Under the pieces are notes generated by a model. The model did not search any database. It had not been told where the DNA came from and saw only the letters and a program-made list of their open reading frames with translations. DNA of 64,000 nucleotides from the human T2T-CHM13v2.0 reference genome, Homo sapiens. The stretch lies in the NCBI RefSeq assembly GCF_009914755.1, contig NC_060937.1; one strand, 5' to 3'. Position 1 is the stretch's first letter; every line of letters begins with the position of its first letter. Made by a program: the position numbers and the translations under genes. Positions 1 to 13,967 of this stretch are shown one piece after another.

Positions 1-237
1 AGAGATATTTTTTTTCATTTGCAGTATGCTTTTTTTTTTCAACTGTCTTGTTTTACCCTACAGGAGTGCTATAAATAACATGACCAATGGGAAAAAATAA
101 GGCTCAATTTTTAAATGATAGCCCATTTAAATTCAACATAATTTGTTAAATACAAACCATGTAGAAAAAACTCTGCTAAATTCTTTACACTTGTTATCCT
201 TAATACATGTCATGATCCTACGGTAGTTATTACTGCC

Positions 238-820
238 ATTATTATTATTATTTTAACTTTTATTTTAGGTTCAGAAGTACACTTGTAGGTTTGTTATATA
301 GGTAAATTGTGTATCACAGGGATTTGGTTTACAGATTATTTAGTAACTCAGGTAATAAGCATAATACTTGATGAGTGTTTTTTTGGTCCTCATCCTCCTC
401 CTACCCTCCATTCTCAAGTAGGCCCCAGGGCCTGTTGTTCCCTTCTTTTTGTCCACTTGTACTCAGTATTTAGCTCCCACTTATAAGTAAGAACACGTGG
501 TATTTGGTTTTTAGTTCCTACCTTAGTTTGCTTAGGATAATGGCCTACGGCCCCATCCATGTTACTGCAAAGAATATTATCTCATTCCTTTTTATAGATG
601 CATAGTATTCTGTGGTGTATTTGTACCACATTTTCTCTATCCAGTCTATTATTGATGGGCATTTAGGTTGATCCCATGTCTTTGCTGTTGTGAATAGTGC
701 TTCAGTGAACATTCACGTGCAGGTGTCTTTATGGTAGAATGAGTTACATGCCTCTGGGTATATAACCAGTAATGAAATTGCTGGGTCAAATGGTAATTAT
801 GTTTTAAGTTTTTTGAGAAA
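238..820 (-). mobile_element. LINE-1 3' end fragment, old primate subfamily (L1PA15/16-like)
   Basis: Reverse-complement L1 3'UTR/ORF2 end: 'ttttaacttttattttaggttcag...gctcccacttataagtaagaacacgtggtatttggtttt...gatgggcatttaggttgatcccatgtctttgctgttgtgaatagtgct'. The (ATT)n at 238-252 is the decayed tail. Confidence 0.85.
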
Positions 821-1649
821 AAATTCAAAATGAGTATTGAAAAGAAAAAAAAAATGGATATGGACATCTAACTTCCTGTTTTCCCAAGGCCCAGGAGAAA
901 GACGACAGCTTCTGGTGGTCCATTCATTTGTTGGTTTATTGTTGAATTTCAGGCAAGGGCAGACACAGTTGGTTCCATTCTTGCCTCTCCCATATTTTAA
1001 AATCTACAGTTCTGTCTTTGTTAGAAAATAGGCAGAATCTTTCTTTATACTCTGCCCCTAACTGGAGAAGTCTGATGTAGGATTTCCTTGCTCTGTCCTT
1101 CGTTGTGTTCTTCAAAAACAAATGCTACTACTCTTCATAGACTGATTCTCAACTGGTGCTTAATTTACATGTGAGGCTGATCCATGCTTTCAGCCACATG
1201 TATCATTCCTGGATCTCAGGCATCAAATGACAATAGCTCCCCGAGCAATAATAACAATATCAAATACCCCTCCTCCCCCACCATTTCCAAATACTCCTCA
1301 TTAAAAACCTTAGTATTATACTTTGGTTATTTTGGCAAGTATAAGATGAAAATTACGATAGTAAAATAAAGACATTATTGCCACTTTTTGGTAAGTAAAT
1401 ACTGTTTAGGGACAGCAGAGATCAAAAATTTTTTTTAAATCTATGTAACAAACATGAACATGCCATCCAACTTACAATTATTAATAATAATGCTAATAAT
1501 TTTATATCCGTCAGTTTTTTCATGTATTCATCTTTCAACTGGTTCTGAACTTGGGCAGGAAAGCTTAACAATACATTTCTAGAGCAGGGTTATATTCCTC
1601 AGGATTAATATGTTTCCATTAAAAATAGACATGATGAGATTTTAAAAAG

Positions 1650-1770
1650 TGCTAGCTTGAGATACAGAACTGTGTTATAGTCCCTTCTCTTATAAAGTAA
1701 CTGTGTGATCCTAAATAAAACTCATCTAATCTCTCTAGACCTCACTTTATTTATCTATATGTTGAGTTTA
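1650..1770 (+). mobile_element. MIR SINE fragment
   Basis: 'taactgtgtgatcctaaataaaactcatctaatctctctagacctcactttatttatctat' resembles the MIR core. Confidence 0.55.
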
Positions 1771-3369
1771 CATGAACTGCATTTCATATAATTTCAAAGA
1801 CATAGAAAAACAACACATTTAATTTTAAATGCCGTATATTTACTCATTTGATACATTTCCAAATAATAAAATAAATCATATAGAAATATACTATATAAAT
1901 AATAAGGAAGTACTCAGCATCCAAGAACGCTAGAATATATGAATATTGGAATGATCAAATGTTTTGTATGTTTGAGACAGCATAAAAGTGATTAATTCTA
2001 TTTAATATTTTAAAAAAACTTATTTAACTTGTTCCTTTAACATATTTGCTGTTTTTCAAAATCCAGATAGTGTCATAAGCCAGTATACTCTGGAAATAAG
2101 AGGAAAATAAAGAGATAGAATTTCTCTCTGACTTCAAGGGAGCTATCAGGTATCTTTAATTTACGTATACTGTTCATAATGCATCCTATTATTTGACAGT
2201 GATATATAAGTTCTAATTAATAAATGATCTTTATGAGGAAAATGTAATGAATTCAGCATGCATTTTGTTTAGCCAATCTAAATGAGAAAGCAGTTAATTA
2301 TCATGCTAAAAAAGGCAAGTAAGTATAACATTTCCAATTACCAACAAGTGGAATCTGTATAAAAATCTGAAATTTTTATTTAAATAGAGTGAAAAAGGTA
2401 AATATCTAGTTTTTATAAGATAATCTTTTTTTCCCAGATGTGTTCTATGGGAAGTAAAATGTTGTAAAATTAAGACAAATGTTACTGCCTTAAGAGTTAA
2501 TAGAGATGAGGTCCACTAGGAGAATTAATATTCAAATGGCTACATTGTCTCTAAGGCACTTGAATATCATGAAGAAAGAGGAGATTTTATTGATTGGGAA
2601 ATGGCAGAAGGTTATGCTTATTGTATATAATAAAGATTATTGATTTTGTTAAGCAGAAAAATGGCACTTTTAAAAGCCCATTTCATATCAACTGAAACTG
2701 AATGGTACTTTCTAACAGCCTAAAAGTTTTTAAAAAATCATTTTTAATGAAGCAAAAGATATAATTTGTCAGGAACATCCCTTATAGCAACAAAAAGAGA
2801 GTTCATTGCTATAATGAAGGTTTTCTTCTAATATCTAAATTGAAATTACAATCTATTAAACTAGGTTAAAATTGTAGGCAAAGTTACTCCTGCTATAATA
2901 GAACTTCATACTAAAGTGAAATATCTTCAGCTTACTCCTAAGAAATTTGAAGGGGAAGATATTTCCTCTTGAGAAAATATGGGTATGTTCAAACTTTGAT
3001 GATGACACTTGAACAGAAAACCGACATGCTTTATTTCAGTAAGCTGTAATTATTTCAATGAGCAATAAAACCTGAGGTGCTATAGGCTTAAAGAAGCTAC
3101 TGCAACCTCTTATTGAATCACTATTTATTGGTGCTTCATGGTATGTTGATGTAGGTGATGGAACTTGCTGCCATTTTATACAATACCATGAAATAAAATT
3201 AAATTACCTCTTTGTAGTTCTACAAACTGTTGAATATAAAAGTGCTCAATCTGGTCTACTAGGTAAATTATTTTGCTTTTATTTATTTGTGTTTTATAAT
3301 TCAGAGAAACATTGTGAAGCAAATTTTTTAGTAAACAGACTAGAATTCCAGTTTCACTTAATTTACCGG

Positions 3370-3800
3370 ATAGGTGGATACCTCTGAGACTAAACTCAAA
3401 TTCTGCCAGGGGACACGGCCAGATTATATTTTGCACTCTCACAGGTGATTAAGTATGACTATGTGGCTAAGATCTATCCAATAGATTGTGAGAAGAAGTG
3501 ATGTGTACCAATTCAAGGCCTGGGTCATCAATTACTGTCCTTGTGCATTCCAGGTTGTGTTCCCTTTCTAGCTGGTTGCAGTAGGGAAAGCCAAAGTAAC
3601 TGCAAAAACCAGATTCTGAAGATGCCATGATATCTGACTTCTTGAATATCCAGTTGATGACAAAGAACTGCCCTGTCCTGCTATCTTTTCCGCTCACTCT
3701 GAACTATTATTTAAATAAGAAATAAACTCCCTTATGTTTGAGCTATTATTTATATTCGACTTGTTATTTGTAAGGATAGCCAGCATTATTTTGACTAATA
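3370..3800 (+). mobile_element. MaLR LTR (MLT1H/I-like), probable 5' LTR
   Basis: 'tatgtggctaagatctatccaatagattgtgagaagaagtgatgtgtaccaattcaaggcctggg', then 'gaaataaactcccttatgtttgagc' and an end in 'ttgactaata', as in MLT1 LTRs. Confidence 0.65.
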
Positions 3801-3832
3801 GAAAATTTAGTAACTTAAATAGGTTACTACTC

Positions 3833-3914
3833 TTAGTTGATGCAAAAGTAATTTCAGTTTCTGCCATTAAAAACAAAAATGGCAAAAACTGTAATTACTT
3901 TTGCACCAACCTAA
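3833..3914. mobile_element. MADE1 (Hsmar1-derived MITE)
   Basis: 82-bp near-palindrome 'ttagttgatgcaaaagtaatttcagtttctgccattaaaaacaaaaatggcaaaaactgtaattacttttgcaccaacctaa' followed by TA; matches the Hsmar1 terminal inverted repeats (TIRs). Confidence 0.93.
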
Positions 3915-5115
3915 TATTTTAAAAATCCTAAATTATGGATGTTTACTTGTGTTTTGAAAGGCAGACAACAACAAAGAAGGAAACCCTATAGTAGATTGGA
4001 GAGCTGGGGGATCTGCCTTACTATTACCTAGCATTTGGTAAAACTGTTGCCAGCAACATTTTGAAAGGAAGACAAGTGTTTTCCAAGTGTGTGGTTCTAA
4101 ATGAAAGAGTTGAAGGAGGCATAATACCACTATGTAGTTTTATTAACCTGTTACATTAGAAACATATTGCAAGAAAGTGATGGTTCAAAAAGGAATTGGC
4201 TGGTTTGCAAACGAAAAATGAAATGAAATAGAAAATGTTTACAAAGTTGGGAACTCCCAGGGTCCCAACAGAACCAGCAGTTTCTGGATTCCCAAGCAGT
4301 AGGGATATAAGTGTATGAAAGTTTTAGAGCAACAAATCCCATAAAAACATTTCAGTTAGAAAACAAACCGACACACACACACAGGTAACTAAGGATCTAG
4401 CTCTTGAGCAAAGGTGAGATGCTTACAAGAAAGACAGTACCTTTCCACTAACCCCTGTTATTACCCATGGTTCAAGAGAATGAGGTGCGACAAGGACAAA
4501 GAAATAAAACATTTAAAAACTAGGCCAAGTAAAAGGTTTGGATGTATTCACTGGCTCTAGGGCTGCCCTGAAGTAAATATCAAATAAATTCCAAAATTAA
4601 AAGAAATCCTATTTCCTTGATTCTGCCCTGAGAAGCTTATAAGAATAAAACAAATCTAGGATCTCCAGACTTTCCTCAGGAGAAAGCAAGTCATGTAAGA
4701 TGCACAGACCGCAAGAGGAACATATACTTTGTGGCTACCCAAGATGTGGTCATCAAAGACAGTAGATGAGATAGGACCTCCCAGAGGGTAGAAATAGGAG
4801 GCAACAGAGAAAATCTGGTAAGAGTTTATTCTAGAGTTAGAATCTGGGTATAATAAAGAAATATTCTCCAGAAAATGGCAGAGGGTCTACACACCAGGAT
4901 TCTATTATGGCTATGACCCAGGAACAGTTTTATGGCCCTCTTTCTTTGTTTCATGGAACATGTGTAGTTTAGTGTGTGCATACTTTTCTCTGCCTGTCTA
5001 TTCCTCTGTTGTATAATGGGAAGTGAAGACAGATAACTTGTGTTCTAGTTAATAAGTCTTCAAACCATTAGGAATTTTGGAAATACTGGACTTAAAGCTC
5101 TTTGTAGTTACTGGA

Positions 5116-5517
5116 TGCTATGGTTTGAATTTGTCTCCCAAAAATCATATTTTGGAAACAACCCTCAGTGTAACAGTATTAAGAGGTGGGGCCTTTAAGA
5201 AGTGATCAGGCCCTGAGTTTTCTGCCCCCATAAATGGATTAATGCCATTATCTTGGGAGTGGATTTCTTATAACAGACTAGTTTGGCCCTCTTTTGCGTG
5301 ATTCTCTCTCTCTCTGTCTCCCTCTCTCTCTGTCATGCACTCTCTTGCCCTTCTACCTTCCGCCATGGAATGATACAGCAAGAAGGCCCTCACCAGATGA
5401 CAGTCCCTTGATCTTGGACTTCCCAGTCTCCAGAAACATTAGAGATGAATTTACATTATTTATGAATTACTCAGTCTGTGGTATTCGGTTATAACAGCAC
5501 AAAACAGACTAAGACAT
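5116..5517 (+). mobile_element. MST-family MaLR solo LTR
   Basis: Starts 'tgctatggtttgaatttgtctccc', contains 'gaggtggggcctttaagaagtgat' and 'gatcttggacttcccagtctccagaa', ends 'cacaaaacagactaagaca' (TG...CA termini). Confidence 0.9.
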
Positions 5518-5649
5518 GAGGTAAATAACTTTCGATTGATTTCTTCAGAGAATATGTGAATGCCTTTCTTTGTCGGGGGACTTGGGCATAAATGGTTAGT
5601 TGGTGACTCTAAGAATGGCCTCTGACAGAGAATGTTTGTTGTTACCAAA

Positions 5650-6056
5650 ATTTGCATTCTCCTCATCAACCTGGGTACCAGCTACCGAATAGTTCTCAGC
5701 CACACATGCAGTTTGATATGGACAGGCCAATGACATCTAACTTAAAGAACATGAAGGGAAGTGACCTGTGCCACTCTGGAACTTGTCCATAAACCCTCCC
5801 ACACATACTCTTCTATAGTCTATTTTCTGTCTGGTAGCTTGATATGAGATGACTAGCATGATCTGGAAGTCACAGTTAGAGATGGGACAGCATCTCTTGC
5901 CCTGAGTTTCTGTATAATTTTGTGGGAGAATGCCTCTCTTCTGACCTCTACACCATCCCAAAATGTTACATGAGCAAGACAAAACTTCAAATATTTTTAA
6001 GCATTCAAGATTTATGGACTGGAAATTTTAAGCACTTAACATTAATCGAATACACT
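5650..6056 (+). mobile_element. MLT1-type LTR, probable 3' LTR
   Basis: 'ggaagtgacctgtgccactctgg', 'catgagcaagacaaaacttc' and the end 'ttaacattaatcgaataca'. Confidence 0.55.
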
Positions 6057-6456
6057 TGTGCCTTAGTTTCCCTTTGTTGAGAAATAGTCAAAAATATAAG
6101 GAAAAATCCCTTTTTAAAAGAATAACAATAGAACTCTGAATATAAAACCAATTTGCTGATTATTAAACTTCCGCTTTATGAAAGAAATTATAGAAAAAAA
6201 AACAGATACAAGTACTGAAATAGACCAAGAATGCGAAACATGTTTGTATTTAGATGTACCTATAACTCAAAATATGTGTGAAATGTTGAATTTTATAGGA
6301 AATCTGTACAAAAAGGTTTACATTTTGGCTTCCTTCAGAATCCAGTTTCTAGGTTTATCTATGATATAAATTGAGTAGATTTTTTTCCAAGATTTTTAAA
6401 ATTAAAAGCATTTTAATTAGTTTGTTTTTCCTAATTAAATATGTAGTATAATACCT

Positions 6457-6869
6457 TTGCAATTTTATGAAAACTTCACCTAAAAATCAATTTTATTGCT
6501 TTCATAGAAAGTCACAAATACTATTACTTGCTAAAATGCATTTCTTCCTATCAGCCCAGTTCAAATAGATGTGTTTCATAATCATGTTACCTACACGATT
6601 CTTCTGAACTTCCATGACAATTTGTAACTTTATCACTTTATTCTATGTACTATCAATTATAGCTACTTTTGGAGACCTCTTTATTAATTATTATTATAGA
6701 AAGCTCTTTAGATATTTTTCATTCTGTTTTTCTTTTTTGTCCTATATCCTCAAGTCTTTCTGACATATTGAGATTAGAAATTTGTTTCTCAATAAAACAA
6801 CATATACTAATAAACACATTTAATCCTTTGCTAGGCTTGTTTCAGTTTCTGCAGTGTCCTGGAATATGA
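6457..6869 (+). repeat. Copy 1 of a ~410-bp diverged direct duplication
   Basis: Collinear with 14352-14761. Exact shared blocks include 'aattttattgctttcatagaaagt' (6489/14384) and 'atcagcccagttcaaatag' (6550/14445). Confidence 0.9.
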
Positions 6870-9800
6870 TGAGCTAAAATTTTTAGAATATCGTAGCAGT
6901 ACAAATCACAAAGGATAGCGTCCACAGAAATAATGGGTGTACCACAGCTATAAGAATGACTTACCTACTCCTGACTTTTCTATCTAATGTAAAGTTTGTA
7001 TTTCTGATACTGTTCATGGTTCAGATTTCCTAGATATGGCAGCCACTGGTTCCCTGTAAATCCTGTCAGTCTGAATTCTCACTTGGCCAAACATAATACA
7101 TAAAATAGAAGTATACTTTAATTTACTAATGATCATGATCATTTGTAATCAACACAAAACACTATTTTACAATATTTATTCATATTAACAATGAGCAAAA
7201 ATAATGTAATGCATTTCATTTTTCCTACTTTTAACAAATACATTATGATTTTAGATGCAATAAGTGCAATTCTTAAGGAATTATATAACTTTAAAAAAGG
7301 ACAAGCCAAAAATATGTCTTTCCAAAAAGAAGTTCTGAAACTAAACAAAGAAACACAAGTAACTCATGTTATTTGTTAAATGATGTACTTAGAGTCAGGA
7401 TAAGATGTACAAAAGGAAATTAACTTTTTTGAAGAAACAGGATTGTATAAAATTCTATATCTGAACATCTCATGCATGGTATGTATAGTGTAATATCAAC
7501 ATAATTTCTGCCTATAATCTAATCTAATATATACAGTGTCTATATAAATATTCATATGATAGATTATAGATAAAATATATGTGAGCTAAATATATATCTC
7601 TATATTGATATTTTTCATGTATGTGTCAGTAAAAACTATAAGCATATATTCATTAAAACACACAAAGAAATAAAATAAACGTATGCTTTTTATACTATGA
7701 CATTTAACAAGAATAAGTTTTCTAAATTTTTTTTTTCTACAATCCTTTTTTGAAAACGAAGAAATAACTATGAATGGGTCTCTTTTTAAAGGAAAACTGG
7801 TAAGGGAAGTAGATAAAGGAAGGGAGGCAGGAGAGGAAACTGGGGGTTATGAAAGGGCATTCATCACTTTGGCATCAATGTTAGTAGATGAAAGCAGTTG
7901 ATCCCTTTCTAGGTTGCAGGAGAAAGAACATATTGTGCAATTATGTCCTGTGCTGAATATATTGTTGGCATTCAACCAATTAATAATAACAAGAATGAAA
8001 ACAACTCTGTCTGCGATAAGAATAAGGCTTCCAATATTAGTCACAGTCTGCTTAGCTTTAGGTTGGCTTAGATAAATGTAGTAAAGACAAGGAAAACATC
8101 CCACTCCACACTTTTTGGCTAATTTAATGTCTTTGCTAAGTGCTTAGGTAGTACGGTGACAGACACAAAGAAAAACGCATGGATTGATTGCACTGATAGA
8201 TAAATAGAGTCTATTTCAGCACACAGAAAAACCTTTATAATTAGATGTGAATACTTGGTTTCTTGCCATCCAACACATATGCACGTTTAGGAAAGTATTT
8301 TTGTAATGAATTAGAAATGAGTAGTATTTCATAATACTCGCGATGTATTATACACATCTTGCCATAAATGGCTTGACCTATACTGACAATCATAAGATTC
8401 GGAAATGGTTCACCTCTTTAATGAGACCTTTCCACATACTTGTCTGCCAAAATTTTTGAACAACCTAGCATTTTTAAAACACTAGAGTCATCCAAATTTT
8501 ACAAATGTGTTGTAAAACTTTTCTTAAGCAACTACTGAAATCCTATAAAATCTCTTTGAGAATAGAAATCCAGTGATAGGTATTTGGTCTGTAAATTGAG
8601 GAGCTATGTTCCACATACAAACGTTGTATGGCTTTATTTTAACCAAATAATACTAATAAAAAATAAGCTAATACTACAAAATATGCACTTTAAAGAATAC
8701 TTTGTTCCATTAATAAAACAATATGTGTTTTAGTTTATAGTCTGACCCTAGCATTATTATACAAAGTAGTCTGTAACTTTACAAGAAAGAAAAAAAAATG
8801 CAAGGAGCAACATATGAGAGAGAGAGACAGAGACAGAGAGAAAATACAAATATACTGAGATGTTTGATTAATTCTACCCACAGTTGATCAGAACAAAAAA
8901 GACTGATCAGACACACATAGCATAGCAGAGAGTAGAGTGATGACCAGAATAAATATGTGCCAAGCTAATAGACTATAGCAAGCTTCAGATTTTATTATTA
9001 TTCTGGATTAGTGAGTGAATAACATTGGAATTGTGAAATAAAAATAATTGTCTCTAATCTTATGTAAAGATTGATAACAGGATTGGCAATCCTCTTTGGA
9101 TCAGGCTGTTGTTCCTTAAGTTTATCCTGCATAATTAGAGACAGCAAACAGTACTCTTACCAGGGAAGGTTGTGTTTGTTCCTTAAATGTTCTCACCCAA
9201 AGTTCTGAAGTTAATGAAGCTAAATGCCAATGACTATGACATTGAAATATGAAAAACAGATAAAGCATGTTAACTCTGAGAAAATATACTGACATAAATA
9301 AAACAATTTACTTTCTATGTTTCCCTCTAAGCCTCTAATACTATCAAGACAATGAGGTAGGATTCTTGAAGCCTTACTTTAAAATGTTGATTTCTTGGAA
9401 TAAATAAGGGCAATTTGGTTACTTTTATTCAACAATTTCACAAGGATTTGAAGAACTATTTAAAACGTTATTTTTAAAAGACATTTACTTATAAATATCT
9501 CTCATTTTTAGAAAATAATCACTAAAACGACAATAAAAATAACGAACAAGGTGTGTAAAATTTTAAATCTGATTTGCTGCATATCCTTAACTCCTTGCCT
9601 CAGGTAAACCTGTCTTTGACAATAAAAATGAATAAAATACATTTGGACAATTAGAAAATAATGAAAAGCATTCAAGAATGACATTTGACAAAGTCATATA
9701 AGGGAATATTGTACTTAAAAAAATGAGCATTTATAGATCAGCTGCCCCTGATGTAATACATCACATATTATTAAGAAAATTGTGCACCAGTATATTGAAT

Positions 9801-10144
9801 CACTTGAAATTAGTTGGGGGAAAAGGAAAATGGGCTATACTTAATTAATGATGACAACGAAAGATGTTTGATTCTATGGATAATATTTATAAACTATAAA
9901 TGAGATAAAACATAACAAACCAAGAAAATAACTATATGTATGATGCATATATAAATGTAGCAAAAATCATTTGTAGGAAAACTATTATTGAAAGCAAAAC
10001 AAAGACTACTATTGAACAATAAAGATAATAAAAGGAAAAAAAATTGTACAACATAAAATGAGCCAGGAAGAAAATATGAAAATGTTGTGTCATGGAGTTG
10101 TAAAGGATACTAGATATGTTATAGTGATGAATTTTGGAATCACA

Positions 10145-10290
10145 TATTGCTGAGTTTTGAATCCAAACTTGTTATTTACTAGCAGTAGGACTTTGGGAAA
10201 GCTGCTTAACTTCGAGTTTCTTTCCTCTCCTGAAAACTACACCAATAACTGTATCAAGGATGAATATTACAAAGTTGTAAGAAGGCCTAG
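10145..10290 (+). mobile_element. MIR fragment
   Basis: 'gagttttgaatccaaacttgttatttactagcagtaggactttgggaaagctgcttaac'. Confidence 0.65.
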
Positions 10291-11907
10291 CTCAGGTATA
10301 TATTATCAAGGAAAAATTGATGTATAGAATCATTTGGATCCTAAAGCTAGTTAGACTAATTCACATTTCATATTCACCTTTTTCCCAAGTTCCACATATC
10401 TGCCTAGAATAAATAACGCACACTTATTATGAAGGAGATATAGAAGATAGCCCGATAACTATTTCATTATAGTTAATTAACAATAAATATGATAATCATT
10501 TAAGTGTCCTTTAGAATTTTACCAAGTAAATAAGAAAAATTTAAAAACTGAAGAGAAGAACATACTTTACATAAAATGTAATTTTAAAAATCTCTAAAAT
10601 ATTTGTAATACGTATGTCTTATGTCTATACCTTAAAGGTCTTTTCTTACAATGAAGTTAGGATTTATTTCTAATTATCTTTTTTAATGTTAAAAAAACCT
10701 TCCAACTCAATGGATAACTTAATCTTTCTTTAACCTTTTCTGTGCACTAAAATTGTTCTTTATCAAATGATTATTTTGCATTCTTTGCAATATACACCTT
10801 CTGGTTTCAAAATTTTGTTTACATGCTTTAGGATATTTCATAAGAATATTTTTTTAATCCTGTTTGTATTGAAAATTGATAGAGGAATGAAAAAGGCGAG
10901 GATGTGTTACATCTACTTTGTTTTGTTCCTATTAACATATTGCATTAATAAAGCCTTCCTTCAGATAAACAGAAACTTCTCAAGTAGAATAGTATAAATG
11001 TTGTACAAATGTATAATTGATTTTGTGACTCATACAGGGGACTTTGTTGTAGAGATAATTTATGAACATTGATGAAAGTGGTAAAGGAGTATTTCTTTGG
11101 AATTTGGAAAGTATTCTCTCGGAAATGCTGAATTTATAAATGTTCAATGTTACAATGATCAAATATTTTTTCATAAAATATCTTCCTTGAAGCCTTCCTC
11201 ATATTTAAATTTTTTAGCTCAGTTGAATTCTTCAAGTCTATCTCAATATTTGCAATTTTTTATTAAAAATAAACTATGACTAGAGGACATTGTTATAGAT
11301 ATAATAAACAGAGAAAACATTATTAATAAGCAGTTAAACTTTCCTATTAGTCTTCCAAACTCTCTTGTCCATTCTGGTTCAAGGTTAAACATCCTTTAAA
11401 AAATAATACTTAATAAGAGGAAAATGAAATAAGTAATGCTAAATTTTCTTTTAAGGTCACATTCTTTATTACAATAATATATTAATCAAATTTATTCTGG
11501 TTTATTACCCTATTTTGTTGCTACATATAGTTTCACTCTGTCTATAATAACAATATTGGGAAAATAATAACCTTCAAGGCATTAGATGAAGTCTCTGGTG
11601 ATGTCACATTCACTCTGACATTTATACTGACTTCATTTATGACAGACGGAAGGTGATGAACGGGTCCAAGCAAGAGGTCACCTTGTGTCAAGACTGGTAT
11701 ATAATCTGTCAAATGCAGTGACTGTGAGTCGGCTAATGAGGAATTAACTAGACAGAATGTTGCTATTTGACTGTTTTCATGCACTCCAAACCTGTTAAAC
11801 AATGCTAATCAGGTGTTTATTAAGTGAAACCATTATGCCAAACTTGCTGCAAACCTCACCATATGTCAGAGAGGTTGTAACATATTATTCATTCTTTTTA
11901 AAGCTAG

Positions 11908-12317
<410 letters not shown>

Positions 12318-13082
12318 CATTTTTTTCTTTAAATGAACATAGGTAATTCCACAAAACTATTTTAAGTATGATAGTACCTCTTGGTGAACTAACACTTCAT
12401 TTACTTTTATTTGGAAAATCTACTTTTTAAATAAGAGGACCAGAGAAAAAAATACATTTCAGTTTGGGCAAAAGTGATAAAACCAATACTATTTCTGATA
12501 ATTGAATAACTTTACTGTAGAGAATTATACTTTCTAGACTAGAAGTGGGCACACTCCTTTTTAGTATCTTTACTTTACAACTCAGATAGGAACAAGCAGG
12601 CAGTTACAAATAATTCCTGAATTGGGTATAACTATACTTGAAGTTATATAAGCACCTCTCCTAATCTACTAGTCCATCATATGACACCGCCTTTACATAA
12701 AAGAACATTAATTAAGAGCTTCCCTGGAAATGGATACAAAATATATATAAACAGTTCCTACCTAACTCGATACCATCCTTCTTTTTTTTTTCCAAGATCA
12801 ATGTCAATATTTCTTATTCCATATAAACCTTCCTAGATCTTAGAGCAGTTATTTCTGTACTTTCTGTTTTTACAGTGTTATATTTTCATTCTATGGATGA
12901 AAATTAAGGCAGAAGACCCAAGTTTATCTGTAGAAGCATAAACCAATGAGCCACATGATCTTGAACAAATCACATAATCTAATTGTCAGTTATATAATTT
13001 GAATAAGAAATATTTTTCCTGCATGATTTTTGGAAAAAAACGAATTGAATTAATATAAAAGGTAGAATTTAACTTAAAAGGA

Positions 13083-13247
13083 TTTTATTTATTTGTTGAA
13101 ATGGAGTCTTGATCTGTTGCCCAAGCGGGAGTGCAGAGGTAAGATCTCTGCTCACTGCAACTTCCACCTCCCGAGTTCATGCGATTCTCCTGTCTCAGCC
13201 TCCTGAGTAGCTGGGATTACAGGCACCCCCCACCATACCCAGCTAAT

Positions 13248-13298
<51 letters not shown>

Positions 13299-13416
13299 GT
13301 AAAGACCGGGTTTCACCATGTTGTCCAGGCTGGTCTCAAACTCCTAACCTCAGGTGATCCACCTGCCACAGCCTCCCAAATTGCTGGGATTACAGGTGTG
13401 ACCCCCGTGCCTGGCC
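13083..13416 (-). mobile_element. AluS (Sx/Sz-like) with a microsatellite in the central linker
   Basis: Both Alu arms are present in reverse complement; 'acctcaggtgatccacc'; (TG)n replaces the linker. Confidence 0.93.
13251..13294. repeat. (TG)22 microsatellite
   Basis: Uninterrupted TG run. Confidence 0.97.
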
Positions 13417-13733
13417 TTTAAGAATTTTTTTTAATTAAAGCTAAAATAAAAGATTGCATTAGTATTTAAGGTAATTATTTTAAGCTTATTCTAAAGCATC
13501 TTATAATACCTTATGTGTCAACAGTATCATTTTTACTACTAACATCATCATCTACATCTTTAACAACTTTGAAAAGACATCTCTCCATCAAAAAACACCT
13601 GAACTAATAATTCATTATTTACAGAAGGCAGTAAATATAACTTTGTCAATTGTCTAAATATGTGGGAGATTTAGGGTCCAGTTTAGTGCCTAAGCTTCAT
13701 TTTCTTAGGCTGCCAAAATTTCCTGAAGAGTTG

Positions 13734-13967
13734 TCACTCATAGGTGGGAATTGAACAATGAGAACATTTGGACACAGGAAGGGGAACATCACACACCGGG
13801 GCCTGTTGTGGGGTGGGGGGGAAAGGGCGGATAGCATTAGGAGATATACCCAATGTAAATGATGAGTTAATGGGTGCAGCACACCAACATGGCACATGTA
13901 TACATATGTAACAAAACTGCACGTTGTGCACATGTACCCTAGAACTTAAAGTATATAAAAAAAGAAA
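13734..13967 (+). mobile_element. L1PA (about PA4-6) 3' terminal fragment
   Basis: 'tcactcataggtgggaattgaacaatgagaac...gcacatgtaccctagaacttaaagtata' plus an A-rich tail. Confidence 0.95.

Larger units (their letters stand above)
3801..5650 (+). mobile_element. MLT1 internal region remnant, interrupted by MADE1 and an MST LTR
   Basis: Lies between two same-orientation MLT1 LTRs and contains MLT-int-like 'aaggaattggctggtttgcaaacgaaaaatgaaa'. Confidence 0.45.

Noticed and set aside
2783-2815. 9-bp inverted repeat 'ttatagcaa...ttgctataa'
   Set aside because: Too short and AT-rich to distinguish from chance or from a decayed DNA-transposon remnant.
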